Source: Heteronotia binoei (lineage: Eukaryota). From it: a stretch of 64,000 nt of DNA. Shown piece by piece: positions 25,097 to 37,044 of the stretch. The notes under the pieces were generated by a model, which was given only the letters and a program-made list of their open reading frames with translations, ran no database searches and was not told the origin of the DNA. The first letter of the stretch is position 1; each line of letters begins with the position of its first letter. Where the stretch lies: NCBI RefSeq assembly GCF_032191835.1, contig NC_083225.1, positions 45,818,001 to 45,882,000 on the forward strand, read 5' to 3'. A program made the translations under genes and the position numbers.

Positions 25097-26935
25097 CATT
25101 CTGCTGGCTGGAAGTGGACATTAAGTCATTATGTGGATTTTTTTTTAGTAACAAGTGTTTCAAGAATATGGCCTTATGATTGCACCAGAAAAGATTCAAC
25201 GTCAAAGTCCTTATATGTATTTAAGGCACAAGCTTTCCACAGCTTCATTAATTCCAGTTTTTCTACAAGTACAGCTTTTAAAGACATTGACAGTTATACA
25301 ATTACAAAGTACACTGGGAAATATTAATTGGGCTAGGCCTTCCTAGCGTTTACAACCATGGAACTGTCACCTTTATTTTTAGCACTTGCTGGACATTCAT
25401 CTCCTGCAGAAAAGATTGAAGTCTACCTTTGAAGAAATTGCTGTCGTGGAATGGATTCATCTACCACATACTTTTTAAAAGAACTTGTACTCAAAGCTTA
25501 TAGCAATCTCTGACTTGTTTTTTAAATCCAGAAGTAATCCAATCCAGTTAACAGGAAGAGATATTAATGTTGTTTATTTTCCCTTTTCACAGGTTGTTGC
25601 AGACTGCTTCAGAGTTCCAAATAGCTTTTGAGGGTTTTCTGGGAACAATTCTTTGTAACACCCCCCCAAAGATAAATGTTTGTTGTTGTTTGTCCAAATG
25701 TCTTACTAACTAATAGCTTGTTTTTTCCATACCATTTGCAAGATGTGTTAACTCTTTTTACAGATGGATCTCCAGAGTGTGGGAAGTGAACTTTACTGAT
25801 TTACAGTCATCAGCCCAGTGGTCAAAATTGGCTGCTGTAATTTTAGCATTTCAGTTGTTTAAAAATAATGATTTTACTCTTGTAGTAGATACTTAATATG
25901 TGTTCTGATTAATGATGCATTTACTTTTGTTTTATTTGGTTTCATCTATTGACAAAGAGTTGTATGAAATGTTTTGTCAGTGCAGTTTTTATTACAGGAA
26001 AGAAGAGCTTTCTGTTTTGTCACGCACATTCGTTTCTACTCTGGTCTACCAGGGATGTTGGTAAAAGAAAATGCACATGCAGATGCATCTCTTCAGAATA
26101 ATGTTTTTTCCTTATTTGACAATCCTATTCAGTCACATGCTGCATTCCATCAGTCTGCAAAGACCTTGCACAGAATGTTTTTCACCTCGATGTTACAAGC
26201 AAGAGACATTGTATCTGTGTGTTTTTCTTATTGTAAGACTTCTATTAGCTTTCTTTTGATGCAGTGAATTTTCAAGAAGCTCAGGCCAACCAGGTTTGGC
26301 AAATTGGATGTGATTCCTGTGTCAGCATTAGCTCCTTTCAACACATTGCATCTTACAGTAAACACATCTTTGGGTATTATCTGGACTAAAGAAGAAACAT
26401 CATGTCATGTTATTCAACATTGTATTTGAGCTTTTGCAGTTATGGAGGCCAGGATGTTTAGAAATGGACAATGTGCCTAGCTATGTTTCTACAGCATTTG
26501 CAGATTTTTGTCAATTGTGGGGAACAAAATTAACTCATGCTATTCCTTTCAATTCAACAGGTCAAGCTATTGTGGAGAGAGCTCATTTGATCTTTAAATC
26601 GCTATTGTATTGCCAGACGGAGGGGAAAGAGATTCCAACAGCAGCTATCCCCACAGTCATGGCTAAAGTGCTTTGTGCATTAAATTTTTGTTTATTTCCC
26701 ATAACAGGGTCTCATATTCCTGTTGAGCTTTATTTTAGGTCAGAAGAACAACTGTCTAGACCACTTGTCACCTATCAGAAGTTTCCTTATCCTGAATGGA
26801 AAGGTCCTGTCCTCCTGATCACCTGGGGAAGAGAATATATTGTAGTAGCATTAAAGAAAGCACTTCTATGGATTCCCCCTACGTGGCAGGGTGTTCTATG
26901 GATCCCTGCTTGATGTGTCAAACCATGGCGTAAAG
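25086..26935 (+). pseudogene. pol: Degenerate ERV pol: RT C-terminal half, RNase H, integrase (many stops and frameshifts)
   Basis: (N)MDDILLA at 25086; GLMIAPEKIQRQSPYMYL; LGNINWARP; RNase H FTDGS at ~25757; integrase HAAFH...C..C zinc finger; MDN...IVERAH with 35 residues between D and E; WKGP...TWGR C-terminal motif. The pieces lie in different frames. Confidence 0.92.
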
Positions 26936-27747
26936 AATTTGGATTGTTTTTGTAATCTCAATGTTAAGAGTAACAGTTGGAGATGGAAATGTAATTCTGA
27001 AATCAAAGACAAACGTGGAAACAACTGAAAATTATAGTTATGGTTTGAAAGATGGTATATTTTTGTTTGTAAACATAGTGCTTATAAGGTTTTGTTTTCT
27101 TATTAGAGAAGCAAATGTACTCTAATTGCTCTTAGTTCTTATGACATGTATACTGTTAAGCATTCTGATATTATGGTATCATATAATCCTCACACACACA
27201 TATATATGTATAAGCAAGCACTGAATAAGTTACAGATAGTATTATTGGATATTATAAGTTTTTATTCTTACTATGATTTTTGTTAGTAATGATTTGATAT
27301 TGTTAACCATTTCTAAAGATATAGAACTATTTACTAATGCTTTAAAAATAGCTATTGCTGCTTTGCTGATTGAAATGAATTTTGTAATGAATACTGTTTT
27401 TTAGAATTGTCTTGGTTTAGATTTCTTACTTTTATAGAATGAGGTTTTGTATCTTTTTAAATCAATCTTGTTGTTTTTATATAAGTGAATCAAGGGTTAT
27501 AGAGGAAGCCATGGTTAAAATATGATCCTGGTTTCAAAATTGGGAGTAGTTGGGAAATTTTGTAATGGCAGTGATTATGATATTCATATTATTAATAGCT
27601 TGTTTTTATATTCAATGTATTCCTTCATTAATCAATGTATTTAGGTTATGTAGTTAATGTTTTCCTTTAGCCTTAATAGTTGACAATTATTCCAACAAAA
27701 ATATCAAACACTTCCACTAAAGATAAAATAAATAAAAACAGAGGAGA

Positions 27748-28266
27748 TGTGGGCATTCAGTTTAAGTACAGAGAAGTACAGAGAGTGTTGGAATGCAGGC
27801 TAGAAGACAGAAAGAGATAAGAACTTGGACGGGATGTTTTGCAGCCTAGTTTGATTTATGTCTCAAAGAAACTTGCTGTTGTTTTTATTGTACGCATGTG
27901 TGAGCTACTGTCTCTGGGCAGAATACACAGGGTAATTAATTGGCTGGTACAGGTGGCATGTTATTAAGTCATGAAAGATATAAAAGGCAGCCCTCGATAT
28001 TGGGAGGGGTTCTTCTTTTGTAGCGTCTTTGGTCTTTTGTCTTTTGTAAGGCTCTTTGGAGGAACTAAGAATGTGCCAAGAAGATAATAAAGAGTTTTTG
28101 AGTTTTGAAGAAGCTTCTGACTGATTTGCGCAGCACTAGATAACTTTTTCCAGGCGCCTCCTTGTGTGCATGTGTGTGTGTGTTTTTCTTTTGGTGTAAA
28201 TCTTTCTCTCATCACCAGTGCGTGGGCTGGACCTACGCACTCGGTCCCAGCTTCTGCATTACGACA
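27748..28266 (+). repeat. 3' LTR (519 bp) with TATAAAA 27979-27985 and AATAAA 28086-28091
   Basis: Same as the 5' LTR except A23805 vs G28237 (compared by eye); preceded by the purine tract aataaaaacagaggaga. Confidence 0.97.
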
Positions 28267-28415
28267 GGGGTGCAGGCTGGTGGAGAACTTCTGTCTTCTT
28301 CAGACTAACTTCTAGGCCGAATAGCTTGGCAGCCTCTGCAAAGCAGGATGTCATATGCTGCAGAGCTGATACCGAGTGGGAGACAAGTGCAGCATCATCA
28401 GCAAACAGTAGCTCT
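28267..28415 (-). mobile_element. Same RTE LINE, 5'-truncated part, right of the ERV insertion
   Basis: Minus strand reads ELLFADDAALVSHSVSALQHMTSCFAEAAKLFGLEVSLKKTEVLHQPAP and joins in frame to QEDYHPLCITVGESVLK at the other side of the ERV. Confidence 0.93.
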
Positions 28416-31400
28416 GGATAAGTTTTTCCATTGTCTTGAAGTGGGCCTTTAGTTGCCTCAAACCCTAACTAAAAAGCAAATAAACACCTAGCTAAGATGA
28501 TGCTCCTTTCCAGAGTCATGAAATCCCTCTCTAAAAGGGAAAAAAAGGTTTTCTTTACTCTTCTTAACCTGAGGCCGGCTCACCCCCACTCATCCCGTGG
28601 TGTTCCATGGGCTCTGATTGGCTGGCAGTCATGGGTTTGCACGAATCCTAAATCACAAAGATTAGTTCAGAGTCCTGGGGAAAAGGTAGGATTTTTAAAA
28701 ATGATTGCCACACTGGAATAACAACCTATTACAGGACAACAAAGATCAGATCCTCTGGAGAAAATGGCTGCTTTGGAGGGTAGGCTGTTTGGCATAATAA
28801 CCAGCTTGAAGTCTCTCCCCTCCCACAAAGCCCATCTTCTTCTGGATCCACTCCCAAATCTCCAGAAAATTTCTAGTCAGGATTTGCCATCTTTAAAGAG
28901 AACTGGCCTGAAGCCTCCTTGATAGGTCTATGACTTAAGTAGGTGAGCATTCCTTATCCAGTGGTTATTATGAATAAGAGCATGTTTCTAATTATTTGTC
29001 AATGTACAAAAATTAGAATTATTACATAATGACTCAGGGGGAATGACAAAAGAATGTTCAGGGTAATGGAACTGTACAGCAGAGCAGTTAGTGTGTGATC
29101 TAATGTTATTGGAACAATTCTAAAGACAAAATAAGACCTCTGTAATTGTTAATGTGTTTATTATCCCAGCTTGACTGAGATAGGAGGCATTAACTAAGAG
29201 AAAGTAACAGAATTGATCCTGAGACCCACTTTAAAAATTTCTAGCTGATCATTTCTATAAAGACCTGCATTTCAGTTCTCATTGCATGTAGTATTGTGAG
29301 ATCTTGAGTTTCTCACAACCTGGGAAAAACAAAACAGAATAATACCCTGCCCTTTACAGAGGCTTAATGAGTTCAGTTGAGCCAAAATGTTTCTGACTAT
29401 TAAGGGAGTACAAAAAGAAAGTTGGCAGATTTATAAGTGAGTTGTGTATCATTTTAAATACTTGAGTCAGATGATTTAGTTCTGGAGTTAAAACTAGTCA
29501 TATTTGGTAATCAATCTGATAGTTGTGCCCCTTGGTTTCAGTGGGACATACATTTTCTCCTTATCCTTCCTCACCCATCCTATTGGGAATAAATTCTCAA
29601 CCCCCAGCCACTGACTGGCTAGGCGGTTCAGGGCTCACTAACTGCTGACGGGTCAGGAGAAAGACTTTATCATACAGAGTTGAGAGATTCTTAAAGCATC
29701 ATCTAGAAGTGGTGTTATTTCTGGGTTCCGATGCAATCCCCTCCCCTCCCCCCACTTTCTTCTACTACATTGGAGATCAAGTGAGGAGAGAACCAGCTCT
29801 GTTTTCTCTTGTCTTTGCTTGCCTGCCAAATAATACAAGTAACTCATTTACCTCTGTCCCCTGCTGAGAATGCAGACGGGCTGGTTGTCTGCCAATCAGG
29901 AGAAAGTGAGGAGTCCTGTCCTTTGACTCTGCATACCTTTAGGCATCCTTGTATTATTGACATTATGGCTACTGAGTTTCTGTACTCTTGATTAAGGGGG
30001 GAGGGAAAGAGAAAGAACCAATTTTCAGTGTAAATAAATGTTTAGCTATGCCTGGTTATTATTATTATTATTAATTTTTTTAAAAAAAATGTTTTAACTA
30101 ATCAGTGATGCAAGTCAAAGAAATCCCAAGTGGGATCATATTATCCTAGATGGTATCTACTTATCTCTGTTTGGACTCTGGGGTAGATTCCTTTCCAATG
30201 TGCTTAGATAGGGGTATCTTTGGACATAAATGTACTGTAGTCCACCACTCAGATATACACAACGTCTCTCACAAAAACAGAGAATAAATTTGCTACAAAA
30301 TTTGGGGGGGAAAATAAAGATTGATATATTTTTCTCTTCACTTACCTTATACCTTTACCTTTCATAATTGAACATATAAACATTATTAGCACACTTCTGG
30401 ATCAGTCTCACCACCATCCATGTTTTAGGTGTCTTCTCAAATTCCAATAAGCAAGCTTACAAAACAGCAAGTGAATGACTTGTCATAAACAATTCCAAAT
30501 ACTTTCTACTTGCTATACCTGTGACAATCATACTATGAGATCTGAGAATATTTTGCATAATTCCACCCCCCCCCCCCTGTAATTGAGGACTTTTCTTAAA
30601 TTGTCTTCTGTGGCAAAACTGATAATCAAAATTACAAAATGTAAGGCTTATAGTGTCGTCTTATTTGTCAGTTTAGAAGTGTTGCATATGTATAGTGTCT
30701 TTCAAAGAGTACTGTCAGCATTTATGATGACTTCCAAGTGGTAGGCACTCTCCCTACCCTCAAAGAACAAATTCATGAGCCCCTAGAAATATGCTAGATA
30801 TTATAATACATAGTTTCAGTATGATACAGTGACAAATGTTGGACTAATCCTGGAAAGATCAGAGCTGTGAGCCTTTGGCAAGCCACTGTTGTGATGGTCC
30901 TGAGAATACTAGGCTAATGCCATTTTACATTTCTGAAAATACCTATGGGGCAGTCTACATAGTTTGCAAAGTGATCAGTTGTAATCTGCTCCTCTCTACA
31001 CTGACATCCCTTTGTGTAATTTCACATCTCTCATACAGTTTTTTCCTGATCAAGCTTTTTCATGAAGCAACTGTCTGTCTTCCTTTCCCATCCCCCAGGA
31101 AGGGGGGGAGAAGTATAAGCATCATGCAGATTTATATGAGAGTAGTCCCATTGACTTCAATACATTTACTCTTGTGTCAATATGGGATGCTCTCAAACAG
31201 CAACTCTGAAACTGGAAAAAAATGGGAGACTAACTAGATACTCTTTCCACAGGAGAGTGAGGGGGGGGGGTTTGGGGGGGAGTTGTCACTCAAAGAGAAC
31301 TCCTCTGGGGGTTCCCGGTCCTGACAGAGTGTTTGGGCGCAGAAACACACAAGCGGTGATTCAAAACCCTGGAGTGAAGATCCACTTATACGCACATCAC

Positions 31401-32199
31401 TAACTGAAAAAAAAAGGAGGTGAAAATGGAAGGCAAGATTCAGACTTCTCAAACAGCTTAACTTTGCAACAGGGGAGTTCAGACAGCTGGAAATGTAGGG
31501 TAGAAAAGCCGACATCCATAAAGACCAGACTTTCTTTGGTGTCAGAGAACTCCAATTTGAAGACAGGTCATAACAGGGTGCCAACAACTGGGGAGCAGGA
31601 GGCAGATGTTGCTGTCTGATCATGCATTTCAAAATCCAGAAGGGAACAGCAACAACACCAGATCAAACAGTTTGTCTGATTGCAGCCTTAGAGTTGTCAC
31701 CCTGATGTAGTAATTCTGATGTGTGGAAAGGATATTAAACCATATTCACCTCCTTATGTCCATGGGTAATCTTTACACCCCATGGTTGCAAAAATCTTTT
31801 TCTGCTATCAGAGATTGCAACTTGCTATTGTTTACATGGTGCTACCTCTACATATTAAAGTGTGTTGAGTCAAGAGACACTAATTTTACTCAGCAATTTT
31901 TTTCTACCTTTGAACTCACAAATCAGAAGTTGAAGGGAGTGAAGTGATTACTGTTGTAGGTAAAATGTCGAAAGACGGAATAAACAGTTGTCCTTACCGA
32001 CATAATTTGTCTGGATTGTGGTCAGTGTGGGGACCCTTTTCCCCCCGCAGCTGCTATTATAGCTAGTTATATTTCCCATCCCTTTTAGGTGATTCATAAT
32101 TCCTTTTATCTTTCATTGCATTCTATACTTTCAGGAAATTCAACATGATGGTCCTTCGGGGAAATCCATCTTCAGTTCATCTTTGGTCTTCCATTTTTT

Positions 32200-35100
32200 G
32201 ATGTTGATGGCTCTCTTGCACTTTGTACAGTTCTCAATCTTTATTGCATTTTTGGTTGAATAGATATTTGAGTGCAGAAGGACAGCCTTCAATTGCTATA
32301 TTTGCAAAAAAAGTATTCTATCTCTTTAATGAAAGGAAAAGTCAATATAATGTATTCTCAAATGTAAATGCAATAAGGAAATAACATAGCTCTGATAGTG
32401 ATCTATGACATTTGGCTTTGCAGTATTCATATATTGCACAAACTCTCAATTTTCCCTGCTTCAGAAAATAAAACAATAAACACATGGTGGGGGGAAAAAT
32501 CTGCTCTATATGGCTGCGAAATAGATACCACTTTTGTCACTTTGCTAATGTAATTTGAGCATCATTTCTTTGAAGCCAGTTCTTCATCATGTATGTCCAA
32601 GTCATACAGTACAAGGAGAAATGGAACAAGATGGCGGTTACAGCGGCAAGATGCAAATTTATTCGGGCAAAAGTAATCGATGCACAATATCAAGCATGCT
32701 CAGGTTTGTGCCAAGAAAACTGTTACGGATGAGGAATGGATGGGATGAGGGGTTGTTGCATCATACATGATTACGTTTCTCTGAACTTCATAAAACGAGT
32801 CTTTTTGTCTAGGTGTGGTTTCTTAGCTGCCACCAAGAAAAGATGCAGATCCCACTGCTGGAGTAAAAATACCCTGGCTCAAACGATAACATACATCACA
32901 GCAGCAGTCTCCCCAGGAATGTAATATTATTCCTTTTAAAAAAATCAATGAAAGAATTAAACTGAAAAAGGAAAAAAATATGACAGAGAATTCACAGACC
33001 ATGTAACTGCAGGCACCTATTTGGAAAGGTTGATAGTACTTATTACACCTTTAATTTAAATGGTTTGTGCTCCTGTTTTATTTGACTCATTGTCTGTTGG
33101 GTTTTTTAAAAATCCATGTGATTAAGGTGGCTACTGTTTTTACCTCAGCTTTCTCTTACACCACTGACTGAAGCCAAGGAGTGGTACACATGAAGCTGCC
33201 TTATACTGAATCAGACCCTTGGTCTGTCATTATTGTCTACTCAGACTGGCAACAGCTCTCCAAGATCTCAGGCAGAGGTCTTTCACATCACCAATTCTGC
33301 CAGATCTTTTAACTGGAGATACCAGGAATTGAAATGCTTGAATTGTATTCTCTGCAGTAGGTCACCGTGAGGCAAAATAGAGTCCCATTGAGTACAGACA
33401 GCATCTTATCTTCAGATGCCAATTTAAATCTGTGGGAGGAATATAACTCACTGTTGTATTGGCGCAATGCAAAAAAAAATGGAAAAAGAAGATGGAGGCG
33501 CATGAAGTTGATGAGCGAACCCAAATGATTCCATGAATGCCACAGAAATGGATGTCGTTGAATGGCCTTTGCACAGCAGAGGTAGATCAAGGTTTATAAC
33601 AAACTGTTTACTGACCCTTTACATTTAAGATCAAGAGAAGTCAGTTGAACAAGAGCTCACCTACGTGCTTTCTCCCTTGTGGGACTCTAGTTTTATCCCT
33701 CTGGTGCTGCAATCCAGCCCTGTTATTGCTGCATTACTCTTTACCAAACAATCCCACCCCACCCCCATGTTCTTTGAAATCTACATTCTACCATTGATTA
33801 AAGCTTTCTCTCCCCACCCTCCCATTTCAGAGCAATTTCACAGTACAGCGTAATTCATAAGACGTGCTCTTCCAGGAAAAAAGCACCATTTTTTTAAAAA
33901 AAATGTGGAGTAGAATACTTGTGTGTGCGCATGTGCAATGGGGACGGTAGAAGGGAAGGGTAAGGAAACAAACTGAAGCTGAAGAATTCTGCATTTTACG
34001 TGCTTTTTCTGTATTTGCACAGGTCATTTTAAGATCCTCATTCTCAGTCATAGCAAAACACTATCAAAACAAGAAGTCTTGCAAAATAGTTGAGCTTATA
34101 CATCTTAACAAATGCATTATTTTAACCTGCTAAAGCAGTAGGGAATTTTTTTTTGTTTGTTTTTCTTTTTTTGCAGAACTTCACAAACCATAAAACATGA
34201 ATAAAAATGCATATCCACACCGCAGTGATGAACAGAAATGTTTCTCAAAAGGGGGCGAGACGATGGGATTTCATAGCTAGAAAGTAGGTAACTGGTTTGC
34301 TAAGAGAATAGCTCCTATCTTTTTCCTTCATCTCTCAGCTACACAGCAAACAGCTCTAAAGTGCACTTTCCAAGTGTAGTTAGAGAACAGGAAGGAATGA
34401 AAAGTTTTTTTAAAAAACAGCCCTTATTAACTTTTCCTTCCATTTATTCTAGTGTAAACTCTAAAAAGCCTTTTTAAAAAGCAAGTTCTCATACACTTAG
34501 CAGGTGATATGATCCTACAAAAAAAGCAATGAAAAAGGCCATTTTATTATTCCGTTTTTTCTCCTTCATGACTACTTATAGCCGTCATAATAAGTTTTAT
34601 TGCACTCTCATCAAAATGGTTGATCTGTTAATTTTTTTTTAAAAGACAGGGTGTTCTCCCTCCCCCCATGCTTAACATAGAATTCTATCGCTTTCCCTCA
34701 CAATGCCCCTGTTCACCTTGAGCTCCAAAGGTAGTTTTAACAGAATGTAGCACTTAGAGAAATAATGTATAAGGCGCAGCTTCATAGGTCATGAGTGCTG
34801 TTGAAAATGCTAGTCTTAGGGTTTCATTTCACAAGAGGTGAAATGTGAGTCGGTGAAACCAACTCATGTTTCATGGCTGATCTGGACTCACGATCAAAAT
34901 AGTGGGGAGTGTCCCAATCATCAGTGAAGCACCGTCTGGCAGCAAGATGGTGTTCAGCCTGCCCTCCCTTCGATCTTACACCACTTCTGACAGCAAAAAA
35001 ATGGCCATTTGTCTTGTTTGTTCCACTTGCCTGCCTACATGTCCTGGGCAGACGTGGGACTAGCAGTGGGACCAACGGTCTCTCAGTTGCCATTTTTGGC

Positions 35101-36748
35101 TGTCAGGGGTGGTAGGGGATGGAAAGGAGGGGCCTGCAGACCCTCCTGCTGCCACACCATGCTCCGCAGCCAATTTTCTTCCCCTTCACTATGTAAATCT
35201 GAGTCAGGTTGGGGAAATCTCTAACCTGGCCTGCATTTCTCATCTTGTGTAATGAGAACCTTATACTAGTGTTTCCCTCAGCAAACATCCAGCATGTCAC
35301 TTCACACAGACTGGGATCCCATAAACAAGTTCCATGTGCACGAGATCTCTTCTGGGGAGCACACTTCTTGATCCACTAGCACTTCCGTTTGTGCATGGCC
35401 TCATTGAAAAACATTGACCTTGCACAAATAGAAGTGCTCCACAAGAGGAAGCGTGCTTCATGGCAGAGACCATCTAGCACACACATAGGATCCAAACCAC
35501 AGGATGGTATACACTTCTTGAAACATAAGTGTACACCCATCTGGGAAAACTAAGGGCCCAAGAATGACCAGAAAGGTATGTCCTGGAGATTAAATTACAT
35601 TCACTGTGATACTCATGTGATATCCAAACATCATGTGTTTTTGTTGGGTATATTGGTACTTTCCACAGCATTCTGAATGTATGGAGCTAGTGTAAGTTAG
35701 ATGCTTGTAAGCGTTTCTCTGTATTTTTTTTCTGGGGGGGGGGGAGACTTTATTTCTCTGAACCTCTTTGCATCTACAGATTACATTAACATCTGCCGGT
35801 TGTGTGACTGCATTGGACTTGAATTCGTAATTCACAATGAATGCCAAACTTTCACTACCACTGTAAAGGCCTCTTGTCTATTTCACTAGGTGAGCTCTTT
35901 AAAGTAGGTTTCCACAGACCAGGTTTTCAACCAGGCTGCTCCTGTTCAACTGACCAGTGAGAAAGGACTGGACTTCTTTGAAAATGGGAATTGGAGCAAC
36001 AGTTTGTTATAGGTTTCTTTACGTTAAAAGTTTACCGTCCGATCCCACCTAATGAGGAGAGTACTTTTTTTGTCTTGCTAATGCCCCCCCTCCCACACCC
36101 CCATTTTGGGCTTACTCCAGTCAAGTGACTTTCTCAAGAGTGGCAGAGGCTCATCTGAATTGGGCACCCATTCATTGTGATTACACAGACGGAAAGCAAG
36201 CGGGCACTGTCTGCTCGGGGCACTGGTAGAGAAAGGGCATCGGGGAGGAGATCCATTTTCTATGGACTAGAGGGCTGGGTTCAATTCAGAATTTTTCTTC
36301 ATCTGTTTGTTAGGTACGCCATGGAACCACAGCAGTTCTTTCCTCAAATAGAAACTGACAAGACGTAAAAGACAGAACTATTGGATGAACACACACAATG
36401 ACTAGAAATAGATAAGACAGTGAAAAGACTTAATTTAGCTCTGAGAAACTGTCCGAAAAATAAAATCCTGTATTAACAAGTGCAAAAAACAAACCAAAAA
36501 AAGAAACTCCAAACATTAAAACACAGTGTATAAAATGGTGTGAGAAATTTAAGTCACCAGACAGCCTTTTAGTCAATAAAAAGCTGTGTTTGATGTGTCC
36601 TTGTTTGGATTGTGGCCCATTTGTTGAGAGTTTTACCCAGAAGGCCTTTGGAGAAGTGAGCAGAGGGCAAAAGGACCCAGTCTCGTGTAGCTGACTGCAG
36701 TACATATGGGCCTGCTGTGTGCCTGTGGGAGGAGATGAATTGGGTCTT
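32200..36748 (-). other. NALF1: Probable long NALF1 3' UTR with alternative poly(A) signals
   Basis: Repeat-poor, U-rich (minus strand) sequence after the stop codon. Minus-strand AATAAA at 34596-34601, 32658-32663 and 32240-32245. The distal boundary is inferred, not demonstrated. Confidence 0.55.
33187..33370 (-). mobile_element. tRNA-Ala-derived SINE inside the probable NALF1 3' UTR
   Basis: Reverse complement of the 45011-45218 body (tgaagctgccttatactgaatcagaccctt...). Confidence 0.8.
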
Positions 36749-37044
36749 TTATTCCTCATTGGCTGAATTATCTTCCAAAGTTGTTATGCCTCCAAAACCC
36801 AGGTCTGTTGAGTTCTGTGCTGCTGAGACCGTGAGTACTGTATGTAGGAGAATTAATACGAGAACACACAGTTTAAGTCTGCTATTACACAGTCTTGATG
36901 CTGATGAAACTGTGAGTGATGTCCGGTGACACATCATGGAGTCACTTGTTTTTATAGTCCCTTTGGATTGGTAATCTGGTAATAGTCCCCATCTGACATC
37001 ACAGCATTCTGGTTCTGCATTGGTTGGATAGTTGTCATAGAGCC
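36749..37044 (-). CDS. NALF1: NALF1/FAM155A terminal coding exon (exon 3 CDS part)
   Basis: Acceptor aaatcccacag|GG completes the split Gly codon from exon 2 (phase 1). Reads G-LYDNYPTNAEPECCDVRW...CHRTSLTVSSASRLCNSRLKLCVLVLILLHTVLTVSAAQNSTDLGFGGITTLEDNSANEE*, matching the recalled FAM155A C-terminus including its hydrophobic segment. Stop TAA at 36749-36751. Confidence 0.96.

Larger units (their letters stand above)
23316..28266 (+). mobile_element. Betaretrovirus-like (class II/ERV2) defective provirus, LTR-gag-(deleted)pol-LTR, no env
   Basis: TG...CA LTRs at 23316-23834 and 27748-28266; 6-bp TSD GGGGTG (23310-23315 / 28267-28272); PBS at 23837; purine-rich PPT at ~27731-27747; Gag matrix-like N-terminus; RT, RNase H and integrase motifs of betaretroviral type. 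Confidence 0.95.

Noticed and set aside
25086-26935. APOBEC-type G-to-A hypermutation as the cause of pol decay
   Set aside because: Several Trp (TGG) codons are retained (NWARP, LWGT, WKGP, TWGR), and many lesions are frameshifts.
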